This document shows positions 1-11,939 of a stretch of 64,000 nucleotides of DNA, piece after piece; positions within the stretch are counted from its first letter, which is position 1, and the number at the start of each line of letters is the position of its first letter. A program made the position numbers and the translations under genes. This DNA comes from Selaginella moellendorffii (Eukaryota > Plantae > Lycopodiophyta), in the NCBI RefSeq assembly GCF_000143415.4, contig NW_003314274.1, forward strand, positions 941,788-1,005,787. Reading direction: 5' to 3'. The notes beneath the pieces are model-generated. The model did not search any database. It saw only the letters and a program-made list of their open reading frames with translations, and was not told the DNA's origin.

Positions 1-1063
1 GATTATAGTATTTACGAGCTCTGTAATCATTTACTCCTTAAGGAAAACATTTGCAAAATTGTTTGTTGCGTCGATGGCTTCTTTTAAATATTACGTCACC
101 ATCATTTACATGCATTTTTTAATTCCCTTGATGGTTATGAAAGGGATGTTTCAATATCAAACTTAAGAGTGTAGCATTATTTATGTGCGAGTAGTTGGTG
201 GTACATAGAGTGTTATTTTGTGGCACCATAGTAAATTTAATGTTATGAGATTATTAAGTCGGTTATAAAATAAGTCCTTGATGCCCAAGAAGATTAGCTT
301 TTAGAGTGTCTTGTTCTATTAATTTTTATCTTTTACAAAAATATTCATTTAAAAGTTTTTTAATTTAAACATTCATTTTTTTAAAGTTTTGTTACTAATG
401 TAATTTACATTTTAAAAGGTATACAAGAAAAAAAATTAAAGTTGGATTAATATATTTATTATCAAAGTTCAAAGTACTTTGATATTTAATTCTAAATTAT
501 TTTTATATAATATATTTGATTGCATTAAAAGTAAAAATAGCATAAATTTTAGTTATGTAGTATATTAATTTTAATTTTAATTTTTTATTTGAGTTTACTT
601 AACACATGCATTCTAATAACAATAGCATACAAGTTTTAATGTTAAATAGTTTACTTTAGAAGTTCTTTCAATAACTAAATATACAATTTCAATCTTACAA
701 TTCAAATGTCAATCATGTGATATTTTTTTGTTGCATAAAAAAAGGAGTGTTGATGATAAATAAATAATTATAAAACAAACATATAAACTTTTAATATTAA
801 ATGACTCATCATATTTTAATACATAATAATGAAATTCTATAGCTTAATATTATATCTGGATTAAATGTAATTTTTTCCCTTGTGAAAGAATATATTAATT
901 TGGTATATGAAAAATAGTAGAATATTTCTAATTTTAAGAACCTAAATGGGGAAGATGATTGTATATCAATGAATATTTAAAATCACATTAGCATCTTAAT
1001 TAATATAATTTATAATTAAAAACTTTCTTAAAAATTTGTGAATTAACTAAAACATGCCCTAAA

Positions 1064-2842
1064 ATGGAAAATACAGTGGACATACTTCCTTCTAATATGA
1101 AGATTCAAAAGTATGTAAGGGGTGGAAATAGTAGAAAAGCTTTTAAAGTCTTTAATGCTATGCCAGTGAAAAATATATTTTCATGGTCTTCTATTCTTTA
1201 TGCATTTGTAAAAGATTCAGATGTTATCCATGCTAAATTATTATATGAACAAATGCCATACCATAATATTATCTCAAGCACTATAATGTTACAGGCTTAT
1301 GTCTCAGCAGGGCATCTTGAATATGCTAAAATCCTATTTAATTCAATGCAAGAAAAGGATTCTATTTCATGGACAGTTTTGTTGTTTGGATACATGAGAT
1401 TAGGAAATATAATGGAAGCCAGATTGTTATTTGAAAAAATGCCTAATAAAGATTTAATTTTTTGGACTACAATGCTGACAATATATACCAGACATGGTTA
1501 TCTTGATGATGCAGAAACTTTGTTTCTAACAATGCCATTGCAAGATATTGTTGCATGGACATCAATGTTGTCTGCATACTCCATGTATAGCAGCTTTCAT
1601 AAGACACAAAAGTGTTTTACTAAGATGCCTGAGTACAATTTGGTTTCTTTAACTACCATGTTAAATGCATATGTCCAAGAAGGCGATATATATAGTGCAA
1701 GACATATTTTTGATGACATTCAGCATAAAGACCTTTTCTTGTGGAATTCTATGCTAGATGCTTATGTTATTAACAAAGAATTGCATGAAGCAGAAGCAGT
1801 ATTTTTAAAAATGCCCAAAGCTGATATAGTATCTTGGAACATTTTGCTTAATGCGCATGCCCAAAATGGGCACTTTCAAGAGACAAGAATGGTGTTTTAC
1901 AATATGCCTGCATGGGACATTTGTTCCTTGAACACTATGTTAGCTGCTTGCTGTAAATTTGATAAGCTTCAAGATGCCGAGACTATATTTCAAGAAATGC
2001 AAGAGCAAGACTTGATTTCATGGAACATTATTTTACATATGTACTCTAAACAACAATGCTTTGAACTAGTAAAGAAATTCTTTGAAACAATGCCTTTGCA
2101 CAATGCAATCTCAATGACCATTATGCTTATGACACATTCCCAAGCAGGAGATGTAGAAGCTGCAAGATTTGTACTGGATTCAACTAAAGAACACAACCTT
2201 ACTTTGTGGAATGCAATGCTTGTAGCATATATACAAAATGGGCATCTCTCTGAAGCCAAGAAAATATTTAGCAGCACTCTCAGGGAGAAAGACACCTCAT
2301 CATGGAACACAATGGTAACAGCCTATGCCCAAAGTGGTCATGTTGATCAAGCTCAAAAGCTCTTTAATGAAATCCCAGTGCGAGACATTGTATCCTGGAC
2401 TGCCATGCTCTCAGCATACGCTCAAGTAGGACGCCTTGAAGAAGCCCAAAGGATATTCCACTCCATGCCCAAGCATAATTCATTCACCTGGACCGCAATG
2501 CTTGCTGCATATGCCCAGAATGGGCAAAGGATCAAATGCATAGAGTTTTTCCATGAGATGGGCACTGTAGAGAGCCCCAATGATGTATGTTTTACATGTG
2601 TTCTTCAGAGTTGCAGCCATACGGGAGATATGAAAAGGGGTTTGCCTTACTTTCTGTCAATAACCCTTGACTATGCCATTGACTGCCCAAAGAAACAGCA
2701 CTTTAGTTGCATGATTGACCTCCTTGCACGAGGTGGGTATCTGGAGGATGCCAAGGATCTCTTGAGTTTTATGCCTTTTGCTCCTTTGGCCTCAGACTGG
2801 AGGTGCTTGTTAAAAAGGCCGGACGTCTCCTTCCAGCAATGA
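1064..2842 (+). CDS. PLS-class PPR protein (mostly 31-aa S/SS repeats), E1 domain truncated
   Basis: 592-aa ORF with ~31-aa repeats (LF..MP..D..SW..ML.AY); C-terminal SCSHTG..HFSCMIDLLARGG..AKDLL..MPF...WRCLL, then stops early; no DYW domain. Confidence 0.9.
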   Translation: MENTVDILPSNMKIQKYVRGGNSRKAFKVFNAMPVKNIFSWSSILYAFVKDSDVIHAKLLYEQMPYHNIISSTIMLQAYVSAGHLEYAKILFNSMQEKDSISWTVLLFGYMRLGNIMEARLLFEKMPNKDLIFWTTMLTIYTRHGYLDDAETLFLTMPLQDIVAWTSMLSAYSMYSSFHKTQKCFTKMPEYNLVSLTTMLNAYVQEGDIYSARHIFDDIQHKDLFLWNSMLDAYVINKELHEAEAVFLKMPKADIVSWNILLNAHAQNGHFQETRMVFYNMPAWDICSLNTMLAACCKFDKLQDAETIFQEMQEQDLISWNIILHMYSKQQCFELVKKFFETMPLHNAISMTIMLMTHSQAGDVEAARFVLDSTKEHNLTLWNAMLVAYIQNGHLSEAKKIFSSTLREKDTSSWNTMVTAYAQSGHVDQAQKLFNEIPVRDIVSWTAMLSAYAQVGRLEEAQRIFHSMPKHNSFTWTAMLAAYAQNGQRIKCIEFFHEMGTVESPNDVCFTCVLQSCSHTGDMKRGLPYFLSITLDYAIDCPKKQHFSCMIDLLARGGYLEDAKDLLSFMPFAPLASDWRCLLKRPDVSFQQ

Positions 2843-4806
2843 AATCATTTGCATTGAATAAAGATATGGATCGAAATTCACGGATCCAACTTGTTCGCTC
2901 ATGCAGGAGCTTTGTAGAAATCACACAAGCCCATGCTAAACTGCAACACTTTCTTCAATGTGACCAGCATTTGTGCAACATGATCCTTCAGAAGTACACA
3001 AAATGTGGGAACCTGGAAGAAGCTTTGAAACTCTTCACCAGCACTGCACACAAGGACAGCTACGCGTGGGTCATAATGCTGAGTGCGTATGCCCGGATGG
3101 GGGATATTCAGAAATCAAAACGTTTGTTTGATGCTATGCTTGCATGGGATTTAATATCTTGGACTGCCTTGCTATCGGCATACGCCCAAAAAGGGCATAT
3201 CATAGAGGCCCGTGAAGTCTTTGATGTCATGCAGGAAAAAGACCTCATTTCATGGACCACAATGTTGCTTGCTTATGCTCGTACCGGTCATATAAAAGAA
3301 TCAAAGTCTCTGTTTGATCGAATGCCAGAGTATGACCTCGTGTCAATGACTGCCATGCTTTGTGCGCTTGCCGAGAATGGTCATGTTCAAGATGCAAAGT
3401 TGGTATTTGATTCAATGCCAGAGAGAGATCTCGTTGCATGGTCTTCAATGCTTGTTGCATTCTCCGAGTCTGGAGAATTTGTTGAGGCTCAACAGATGTT
3501 TAGCTCAATTCCGGAAAGAAATCTTGTTTCCTCCACTGCCATCCTTGTTTCTTATGGTCACAGCGGGCACGTCCACAAGGCCAAAGAAATGTTTGATAGC
3601 ATGCAAGAGCGGGACTTGATGACATGGAACTGTATGATCACAGCTTTCGCCCAAAGCGGTGACATAGGGAATGCAAGTTATATGTTCAATTTGATGCCTC
3701 AGCGTGATCTGGTCAGCTGGAATGCTATTATCTCTGCATTTGCTCAAAACAGTTTTCTGGAAAGAGCAAAGTTTCTGTTTGATTCTATGCATGAGATTAA
3801 TGTGGTTTCCTGCAATGTTATGCTGGCTGCATTTGCCAAGGCTGGCCTTATCAAAGAGACAAAAGAAGTGTTTGAAAACATGGAAGAGAGAAATCTCTTG
3901 TCCTGGAATTCTATGCTCTTGGCATATTCTCGAAAAGGAGACGTCAAAGAGTGTAGAGACTTGTTTGACAGGCTTAAAGAGAGGGATGTGGTATCATGGA
4001 ATACATTGCTGGTTGGTTATGCTCTAAACGGGCATCTAAGAGAGGCTGAGGAAGTCTACTCCTTGATGCCCGAATGGAATTTAGTTTCTACAAGCACAAT
4101 GGTAGCTTCATATTCCCAGAACGGGCATCTCGAAAAAGCCAAGCATCTCTTTGATCAGGTGCCAAACCACAACATTTTCTCCACGACAGGGATGCTCTCG
4201 GCATATGCTCAAAACGGGCATCTCGAAGATGCCTGGAAAATCTTTTACTCAATGAGTGAACGAACCCTTGTCACCTGGACTGCAGTGCTTGCCGCATATG
4301 CCCAAAACGGTCATACATCCAAAGCACAGCAAATATTCGACACCATGGGCGAATTGGATGCTGCTGCGTGGAATGCCATGCTTGCAGCATATGCCAAAAA
4401 CGGGGAGCCTGAAAGAGCACTGGAGCTCTTCAGTGAGATATGTCTTTGCTCTCAAACACCTGATGAATTCTCGTTCATCGTTTGCCTTCTTTCTTCCAGC
4501 CATGTAGGAGATACTTATATGTCCTGGCTTAGATTTTGCTCCATTAGCACCGATTTCGGGATAAAGCACACAAGGCAGCACTACATTTGCATGATTGATG
4601 TCTTGGGTCGGGCAGGATATGTTGCAAATGCCGAGGATTTGATTGCAACCATGCCATTTGTGCCGGATTCTCTGGAATGGATGTGTTTGCTTGGGGCTTG
4701 TAGAAGCAACAGAGATGTGAATGGAAGCGCTAGGGTAGCAAAGACATTGCTAGAGCTAGAACCAAGCAATTCAGCTGCCTATGTGATGCTAGCCAACACA
4801 TTGTAA
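2839..4806 (+). CDS. PLS/E-class PPR protein (SS-repeat array), probable organellar RNA-editing specificity factor
   Basis: First ATG at 2839 overlaps the TGA of the upstream gene; long array of 31-aa repeats; E domain HYICMIDVLGRAG...WMCLLGACR...LELEPSNSAAYVMLAN. Confidence 0.92.
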   Translation: MKSFALNKDMDRNSRIQLVRSCRSFVEITQAHAKLQHFLQCDQHLCNMILQKYTKCGNLEEALKLFTSTAHKDSYAWVIMLSAYARMGDIQKSKRLFDAMLAWDLISWTALLSAYAQKGHIIEAREVFDVMQEKDLISWTTMLLAYARTGHIKESKSLFDRMPEYDLVSMTAMLCALAENGHVQDAKLVFDSMPERDLVAWSSMLVAFSESGEFVEAQQMFSSIPERNLVSSTAILVSYGHSGHVHKAKEMFDSMQERDLMTWNCMITAFAQSGDIGNASYMFNLMPQRDLVSWNAIISAFAQNSFLERAKFLFDSMHEINVVSCNVMLAAFAKAGLIKETKEVFENMEERNLLSWNSMLLAYSRKGDVKECRDLFDRLKERDVVSWNTLLVGYALNGHLREAEEVYSLMPEWNLVSTSTMVASYSQNGHLEKAKHLFDQVPNHNIFSTTGMLSAYAQNGHLEDAWKIFYSMSERTLVTWTAVLAAYAQNGHTSKAQQIFDTMGELDAAAWNAMLAAYAKNGEPERALELFSEICLCSQTPDEFSFIVCLLSSSHVGDTYMSWLRFCSISTDFGIKHTRQHYICMIDVLGRAGYVANAEDLIATMPFVPDSLEWMCLLGACRSNRDVNGSARVAKTLLELEPSNSAAYVMLANTL

Positions 4807-4893
4807 AAACAAATGCCAAATTCCCGCGTTTTTTTGAATTTAAAATATGCTTTGTGAATATTCTCGAGGGTTTTAGTTGCCCTAAATGGATTC

Positions 4894-7241
4894 ATGAGAA
4901 AGTATCTGGCGAGCTCCACTGCGAGGTAAGATTTTCTGGAATGTAGAACGAGAGAGTGATCTTTCTTTCTAACAGGATCAAACTTGTAAGAGCTTACCGT
5001 GCATCGAGCTTAGCGAATTTCTCCAAATCATCCAAGGAGAGCAGTGATGTATTTGAGACGATCGTTGAGCGTCGAGACTTGGCGTTTTATACGGTGGCGA
5101 TGGCAGCTTGCGCTCGCGAGTGGCGCTCCAAAGACGCTCTGGATCTCTTCCACGCGATGCTTGCCGAGGGCCTCCACTTTGACGCTCTCGGCCTCGTCGT
5201 GTCTCTCAACTCTCGCTGCGTTGCCGGGCCTGGAAACCTCTCCATGGTGGAGAGAATCCACTCCTGGTTACTGGAAAACGATCGAAAACTCAGTGCCGCA
5301 ACTGGAACAGCGCTGCTAAAGATGTACCTCAAGTGTGGGAGCGTCGAGCGAGCCGAGAAAGTGTTCCAGGAGATGACCCACCGGAACGTAAAGACTTGGA
5401 CGATTCTCATCGCGGCACTGGGCGAGAGAGGCTCGATCGAGGAAGCCATGGTAGCTTTCCGAGCAATGCAGCTCGATGGGATCCAGCCAAACAGCTTCAC
5501 TCTCGTCGCCATCTTCCAAGCTTGTGCCACACGGCTTGAATCCAGAGAAGACGATCGAGTGAAAGCTCTTTGCAACCAAGCCGTGGAGAGCGGCCTGCTA
5601 GCGTCGAGTTCCTGGAACGTCATCGTCGCCACGGCCGTGATTGGCACCTATGGAAAGTGCGGCAGTATCGACAAGGCGCTGGAAGTTTTCGAGAGAACTC
5701 CCAGGGAGTCGAGAGACGTCGTAGCATGGAACTCGATCATCACAGTCTTCGTGGAGCAAAACAAGCCGGAGCTCGCACTCAAACTCTTCCGGGAGATGCA
5801 GCTGGAAGGCGAGGAGCCGACGAGAATCACGCTCTTGAAAGTCTTAGCAGCCGCCACAGGGTCAAAAGATCTCGGCGTTGGTCGTTTGATCCACCGCGAA
5901 GCTCGGCTTCGATCGATGGACAGAGACTTGGTCGTAGGCACGGCGCTGGCGAGCATGTATAGCAAACTTGGCCGAGCGGAGGAGCTCTTGGAGGTGATGG
6001 AGAGGATCGAGCAAGGCGGCCGCGACTTGGTGTGCTGGAACATGATAATCTCGGCGCTCGTCCAGCATTCTCGGAGCAAAGAAGCACTGGCCTACTTCCG
6101 GGAGATGAATCTCCAAGGAGTAAAACCCGACCGAGTGACGCTCGCTCCACTCATCAGCAGCGCCACCTTTCCAGAGAACGAATCCAAGGTGATCCTTTGC
6201 GAGATCTCGCGGAGTGGACTCTCGAGCAACGCTGGTATCAGCAACGCCATCTTAAACTTCCATGCGAAGGGCCACAGGATCGAAGAGGCGAGGAGAGTCT
6301 TCGATGGAATCCAAGAGCGAGACCTCGTGTCGTGGAATTCGATGATCTCGGCCTACGCCGCAGAGGGATTCGCGAGAGAGGCCGTGATCCTCTTCCACCG
6401 GATGAAACAAGAGGGATTCCAGCCGAGTAGCGTGACTTCCACCGTGATCTTCGCTGCTTTCTCGGAGCTCCACGGCTTGGAAGAAGCTTGCCGGGTCGTG
6501 ACAGTCGAGGAGAACTTGGAGCCAGCGTCGCTGTGGAGCCTCCTGATCTCTTCGTGCACGCAGCAGGGTCGATCCAAGCAAGCGCTGGAAATCTTTCGAG
6601 CCATGCAGCTCCAAGGGATGCGAGTGGACAGGGAAACGCTCGTTCCAGTCATCGTCTCTTGTGGAGCTTGCTCGGCTCTGCGAGAAGGCCGCTTGATCCA
6701 CCAAGAACTCCAAAGATCAGCTCCAACGATCCAAGAGGACACTCGGCTCAAGAACGCGATGATCGACATGTATGGACGTAGCGGCAAGCTCCTCGACGTT
6801 GCCCACCAGATTTTCACCGAGATCAAGCAGCCGAGCGTCATCTCCTGGACGGCGATCGTCGCGGCCTACGCCCAGAATGGCCGCGTCGAAGAAGCCACTC
6901 TCCTCTTCCATCTCATGAAACTAGACGGCTCCTCGCCCGACACGCTCACCTTCACCACGATCCTGTCGCTGTATAGCCATGCCGGGCTCCTGGAAGATGG
7001 CTGCCACTGCTTTGGATCGATCTCCCGGGACCATTTCCTGGCACCAGCCCCGCAGCACTACAACTGCGTGATCGATCTCCTGGGCCGCGCCGGGCGGATC
7101 GAGGACGCCGAGGGTTTCGTCCGGGGAATGCCGTGCGCCACATCGGCGCCCGCCTGGACGGCATTGCTGAGCGCATGTAAAACCCAGGGAGATGTCGATC
7201 GAGGGAAGCGAATCGACGGCGTACATCGGCCTGATCTCTAG
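4894..7241 (+). CDS. PLS/E-class PPR protein with organellar transit-like N-terminus; exons 4894-4925 and 4976-7241
   Basis: 50-nt GTAAG..AACAG intron 4926-4975 joins MRKYLASSTAR in frame to IKLVRAYR; P-L-S triplets; HYNCVIDLLGRAG..WTALLSACK. Confidence 0.88.
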
Positions 7242-7659
7242 CGAAGAACCCTAAAGTTAAACATCCTTGTTAATGATAGCTTTACTTTTGGAATAAAAAA
7301 TATAGCTCATTTAGAAAAAGTATTAGAGATTAATTAGTTCTGTATATTTGTCCAATTCGCTCAGGAAGAACTTGCTGTGCGGCATGAGAAGGCTATGCAT
7401 TGTTACTCAGACTCACGGAAAAACCGGGACCGAGCTTGAGAGCTTGCGTCTCCTCCCGGCTTGCTGTAGGCAGCTATGGGATCCCGGATTAACGCTTGGC
7501 CTAGAACAATCTGGAGTGATTGGGACCATGGATCAAAGACGAACAAAAGGTTCTATAGATGAAAGAGCTAATCGGGGCAGCCATTTTGATGCACGGCCGC
7601 ATTCTTTTTCCGAAGCGTTTGAATGATGATAGAAGCATTTTCTCATGATTTTCACTTGT

Positions 7660-8580
7660 CTACAATTCTAGGCAGTGACAATTCGGCCTCCATATTTGGG
7701 GTTGGTTCAAGCCGTGGGCATCGTCGAAAGCTTTGAGAAGCCGTTTCCAGCCAACATATACGCTTTCCACCGTCAAGGCGAGGAGATCCGTTGGTGGAAA
7801 CAAGTGAGTGATGGCTGTTTCTTTGCTGAACCGGAATTCCAGATCGCCATTGTCAGAGACAACTTGCTCGAAGGACTGCTCGCCCCTTGCCCTCTCAAAA
7901 CACTCACGGTAGTCATCCATATCCACAAACGGTGGCTCTTCCTTCATGCTTTCCACAAAAAATACGAGTGGAACTGGTAGAACGCCTTGGAGCAACCTGG
8001 CGAGCAGGATGGGTTCAACTCGGCCTTTCCCATCGCAGAATGGGTGGATGCTCTCGAATTTGAAGAAAAAGGATATGCCGAGCTTGATCCATCCCTCCGT
8101 TCTTTCCACAAGCTCGCTGATGGCACAAACTCGCTGGATTTCAGCATTCGTATCTCGGATGAGCTCTTCTAGAGCGCTTGCCACTTCAGTCGGCCGCATG
8201 TACACGCTGGTGACGACTACCTCCTTCCCCTCCCTGCTGTGGGAAGCTCTGAGCCCAATATGGTCTTGTGCAGCTCTAGTATTCCAGTGACAGTCTTTCT
8301 CGAGCTGAAACAGGTCCTTGCTTATCTCACCGGACCCAATTGCCGACTTAAACGACCTAAACGAGTGAAAATCTTTAACGTCGTAGAGGAAAAGGAGACT
8401 GCCTTCCCTCGCATAAGTGTTGAAGAGCCACTCTTTTATCGCACTGACCTCTCCGGTACTGTCCAGCGCGCCCGCCGCCATCGCCCCTTTGGTCGCCTCA
8501 AGCGAATCAAGGCCCTCGCCCCGGGCGTAGGCGCAGAGCCGAGCGTACCTTCTCATGGATTCATGGATGCCTTTGAGCAT
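7660..8580 (-). pseudogene. Fic-domain gene, degenerate copy A
   Basis: HPFCDGKGRVEP versus canonical HPFxDGNGRxxR; paralogous to 37191-38258 but lacks the NHIEG segment; ORF is still open. Confidence 0.7.
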
Positions 8581-8875
8581 CTGGCTGGTCTGCGGGACCG
8601 GTTCTTCTACAAGCTCAGCGGATGGTCTTAGAATATTTTAGTGTTCATTTTCATAAAAGAATTCCTTTAGGATATTCCTCAATTTAACAGTTCTAGCTCA
8701 AAAAAGTTTATCTAGGTTTTATGTCCTAGGATATTCTTGTTTACTTTCTTAAACTCAAAAAATCTGTTTAAATATTGAGAAATGTGATATATGTAACAAC
8801 TATATATTTTTGTTTGCTTAAGCAATACATAAAATATACTTGGATATTCTAGAATATTTTACTATTTAACAGTTG

Positions 8876-8898
8876 GGTGTGTGTGTGTATATATATAC

Positions 8899-8962
<64 letters not shown>

Positions 8963-9030
8963 GTATATATGTATGTATACATGTGTATATATATATATGT
9001 ATATGTATATATGTATGTATGTGTATATAT
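8876..9030. repeat. compound (GT)n/(AT)n/(ATGT)n microsatellite
   Basis: Directly visible. Confidence 0.97.
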
Positions 9031-9964
9031 AGTGCACAATAAAGCTTTTCTTCATCCACACATAAGAAGAAAATCTGCATCTTTCCTAAAGGTTTTGAAA
9101 TGTTCAGCTGTACAACAGCTACTCTTTTCTTTACTCTTTTTGTATCACAACACCCCTTTAAAAGAAACACACTGAAGAATATCTATCTTCCTACTGTGTA
9201 AATATTTAGTTTCTTCATGTTGATCAGTGGGATGGAACTGGTTTTGTTTTCTCATTTATTTTTGTGTTCATTTGTTTCCTGCTCAGTTTAACTGATCATT
9301 TTCTCTTAATTAAGTATAAATCAATCTTAAACTTTACATGCCATGGACTAAAGAAAGCAGATTGAACATATAGACAGTGAAGGACAAGCTCATCCCAGTG
9401 AGAGGAAGAAAGACAGTGTGAAGGAGATATTCTACTCTTAGATCAATTGTAAAGTAGGCTTGAATCCCAAAGAAGAGGAAATTAATTGGCACACATGCGA
9501 TTGCAAGTCTGACTTATAACAAAAAATAATACATTAGTTTGTAAAATTCATGCAAATGCAAAGCTTCTTGAAGAGGAGCCATGTCTTTATCAAAACAAGG
9601 TCCACTTTTTTTGTGAGTAGGTTGGTAATAGATATATTTAGAATATGCTTGGATATTTTAAAATATAATCTATCTCTTTATATTCCAATCTAAATCCTGG
9701 ATTATTAGTTAATGTGGAGTTTTTGCACTCATATTTTTCAGCACACAAAATCCTCCTGGTTACTTGCAATTAGATCTCCACTATTTTCTATTTGCTTTTG
9801 TGAATTTGCTAGCGAGGACATCATAGCAAATTCTATTCCATGTTTTGACTACATACAATTTTGATTAACAATCCTCCTAGTGTTTGTACTTGCTTGCTAT
9901 TGCTCTAAGGCACTAGTTCTTGAAAGCACAAAGGTCTATATTTTATAGTAAAGTCATATTAAGT

Positions 9965-11249
9965 TCATAATATTTTCTGATTACATCCTCCAAGTCCAAA
10001 CGTGACACAATTCTTCCGTGGGTTACAAGAGTCACAGCAGCAACTCCAGGTGGATCCACATTTTCCAGCGCTATTTGGCACGCAGCAACAAAACTTCCGG
10101 CCATACCGACCTTGGCAATGCCTATCAAAGTTTTTACATCTTCCCAATGTGGGTTGTGGCTGTGGTGAAGGTGGTGGTGGAGACGGAGGTGGTGGCGGTG
10201 ATGGTGTTGATGGTGGTGGAGGAGATGGACGTGGTGGTGGTGATGGTGGCGGAGGAGATGGAGGTGGTGGGGATGGTGGTGGTGGTGGTGGCCGAGGAGA
10301 TGGAGGTGGTGGGGATGGTAATGGTGATGGGGGTGGAAGAGCAGGAGATGCTTCACAATAGCCCAAGGGATTGCACCCTTGAGTTGATGATATGCAACAT
10401 GTGTCCTTATTACATGCACGGTCCACACAACAACAACTACTACCAGCTGGGCACCATTGATAGCCTTTGCAGGGTCTTGGGGGTGGTGGTGGCGGAAGAG
10501 ATGGAGGTGGTGGGGATGGCAGTGGTGGTGGAAGAGATGGAGGTGGTGGGGATGGTGGTGGTGGAGAGGGTGGTGGTGGTGGTGGTGGAGAAGGAGGTGG
10601 TGATGGTGTTGGACAGTCACAAGGATCTTGGAAATAGACGCCAATTCCTCGGAAGTATGTTGTTGAAGAGGCATAACCAAAAAATCCAACCACTGTCCCT
10701 TCTGGGGAATCAAATTTAGTCTGATTGGAGTAGTCGTGGGTACCAAATGGGCCAAAGGTAGTTTGGGCATTGGTCCTTCTATCGTTGACGTGCAAGTAAA
10801 GCCTACTCAAGCCATTAGAAGTCCATGGATTTGGTCCAGTGCGCCCTGAAATCTTGTAGATGTATTCATCCGGATAAGCTAAAACCACCTGAAAGAAATC
10901 TTAGTAGAAGATGAGCATTACAAATAGCTACCTCTTTGGCTTCCCCCCTTGAAGTGCCATGAGGATCAGACCAAACATGTTCTCCCCCTTGATCTGATTG
11001 AACCTGTATCCCATCCACAATATACTCAGACCAGATCTTGACTCTCACAATACCCTGAGACTGCCCGTCACTGAAACTTTTCCCATCGGTTCCACCATAC
11101 AATGGGGATCTTTTTCCGTTTGCACCAAAAACCTTCATCATAATGAAACAATTCAATCATTGCCCAAAATGCATCGGAAGAACAATACCAAGACAAAGAA
11201 AAGTAAGTAGCCATTTAGCCATTGCTAAATGAGGTAAATTAATCCCCAT
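9965..11249 (-). CDS. Jacalin-related lectin fused to Ser-Pro4 extensin-like linkers and two Cys-rich (granulin-like) modules
   Basis: Jacalin motifs (YGG..G.SFSD, IVDGIQV, DEYIYKISG, FGPFG, VVGFFGY, GIGVYF); 43-nt intron 10889-10931 joins exons in frame; SPPPP runs; CPAGSSCCC; signal-peptide-like 5' end separated by an in-frame TGA at 11157-11159, so the start is uncertain. Confidence 0.8.
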
Positions 11250-11270
11250 GCTCCTCAGTCTGGTGTACGC

Positions 11271-11280
11271 GGATTTATAT
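11271..11280 (-). promoter_or_regulatory. TATA box candidate for jacalin gene
   Basis: ATATAAATCC on the minus strand just upstream of ATGs at 11249/11222. Confidence 0.45.
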
Positions 11281-11414
11281 TGCAATGTGAAAGAAAATTA
11301 TCTTATATTCAAATGCCAACCATTTAAATAGTAAAACATCTAACGTTAGATGAAAAAAATGTGAATAGACAGAATCTTGTAAGGATTTTTTTGGAGAAGT
11401 TTTGATATATGAAT

Positions 11415-11816
11415 CCTAATTGTAAACCACGTGCTCTACAACATTTAACTCTAATCTAGATTTTAAAAATGAAGTGGTGTACATGCTTACATTACAATGC
11501 ATATGGAAATGGGCTCTTATTCATACTTATTAACCTCGATATGGTGTGTGTCAATCCCAGCTCAGACAGCAGCCTACATCTACACGATTTAATAGTGGAT
11601 TTAATAGTTTAAAATGTAAGAGTATGAGAAACACAGTGGATGCCTATTAACATATATAGCTTGTTTAATGCTAGCCTAGATTCGTCGTGAGAAACGCGCA
11701 AATGTAAGATAATCTCTTATATTTTGTTTAAGTAGAAGTGTCTTTTTCTCCACTGCAAACATGTGATTAGAAATTGTGTCAACCTCCGAAAAGACAGCCT
11801 AATTGTAAACCACGTG
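11415..11816 (+). promoter_or_regulatory. Two perfect 19-bp copies of CCTAATTGTAAACCACGTG (G-box) in a divergent promoter
   Basis: Copies at 11415-11433 and 11798-11816; TATAAAAG follows at ~11828. Confidence 0.6.
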
Positions 11817-11939
11817 AAGTATGAAGTATAAAAGGTAAGAGCGAGAGAAGCATGCCTCCATTAAAATAAATATATCATGAAAATGACGTGGGTGGTACAA
11901 ATGGGAAGAACTTTTTGTGTAGGTCGGACAACAATCAAA

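Noticed and set aside
5028-7226. Many antisense and alternative-frame ORFs over GC-rich genes
   Set aside because: Shadow ORFs of PPR, Fic and gag-pol coding sequence
8849-9175. YIYI/VYVY ORFs
   Set aside because: Translations of a microsatellite
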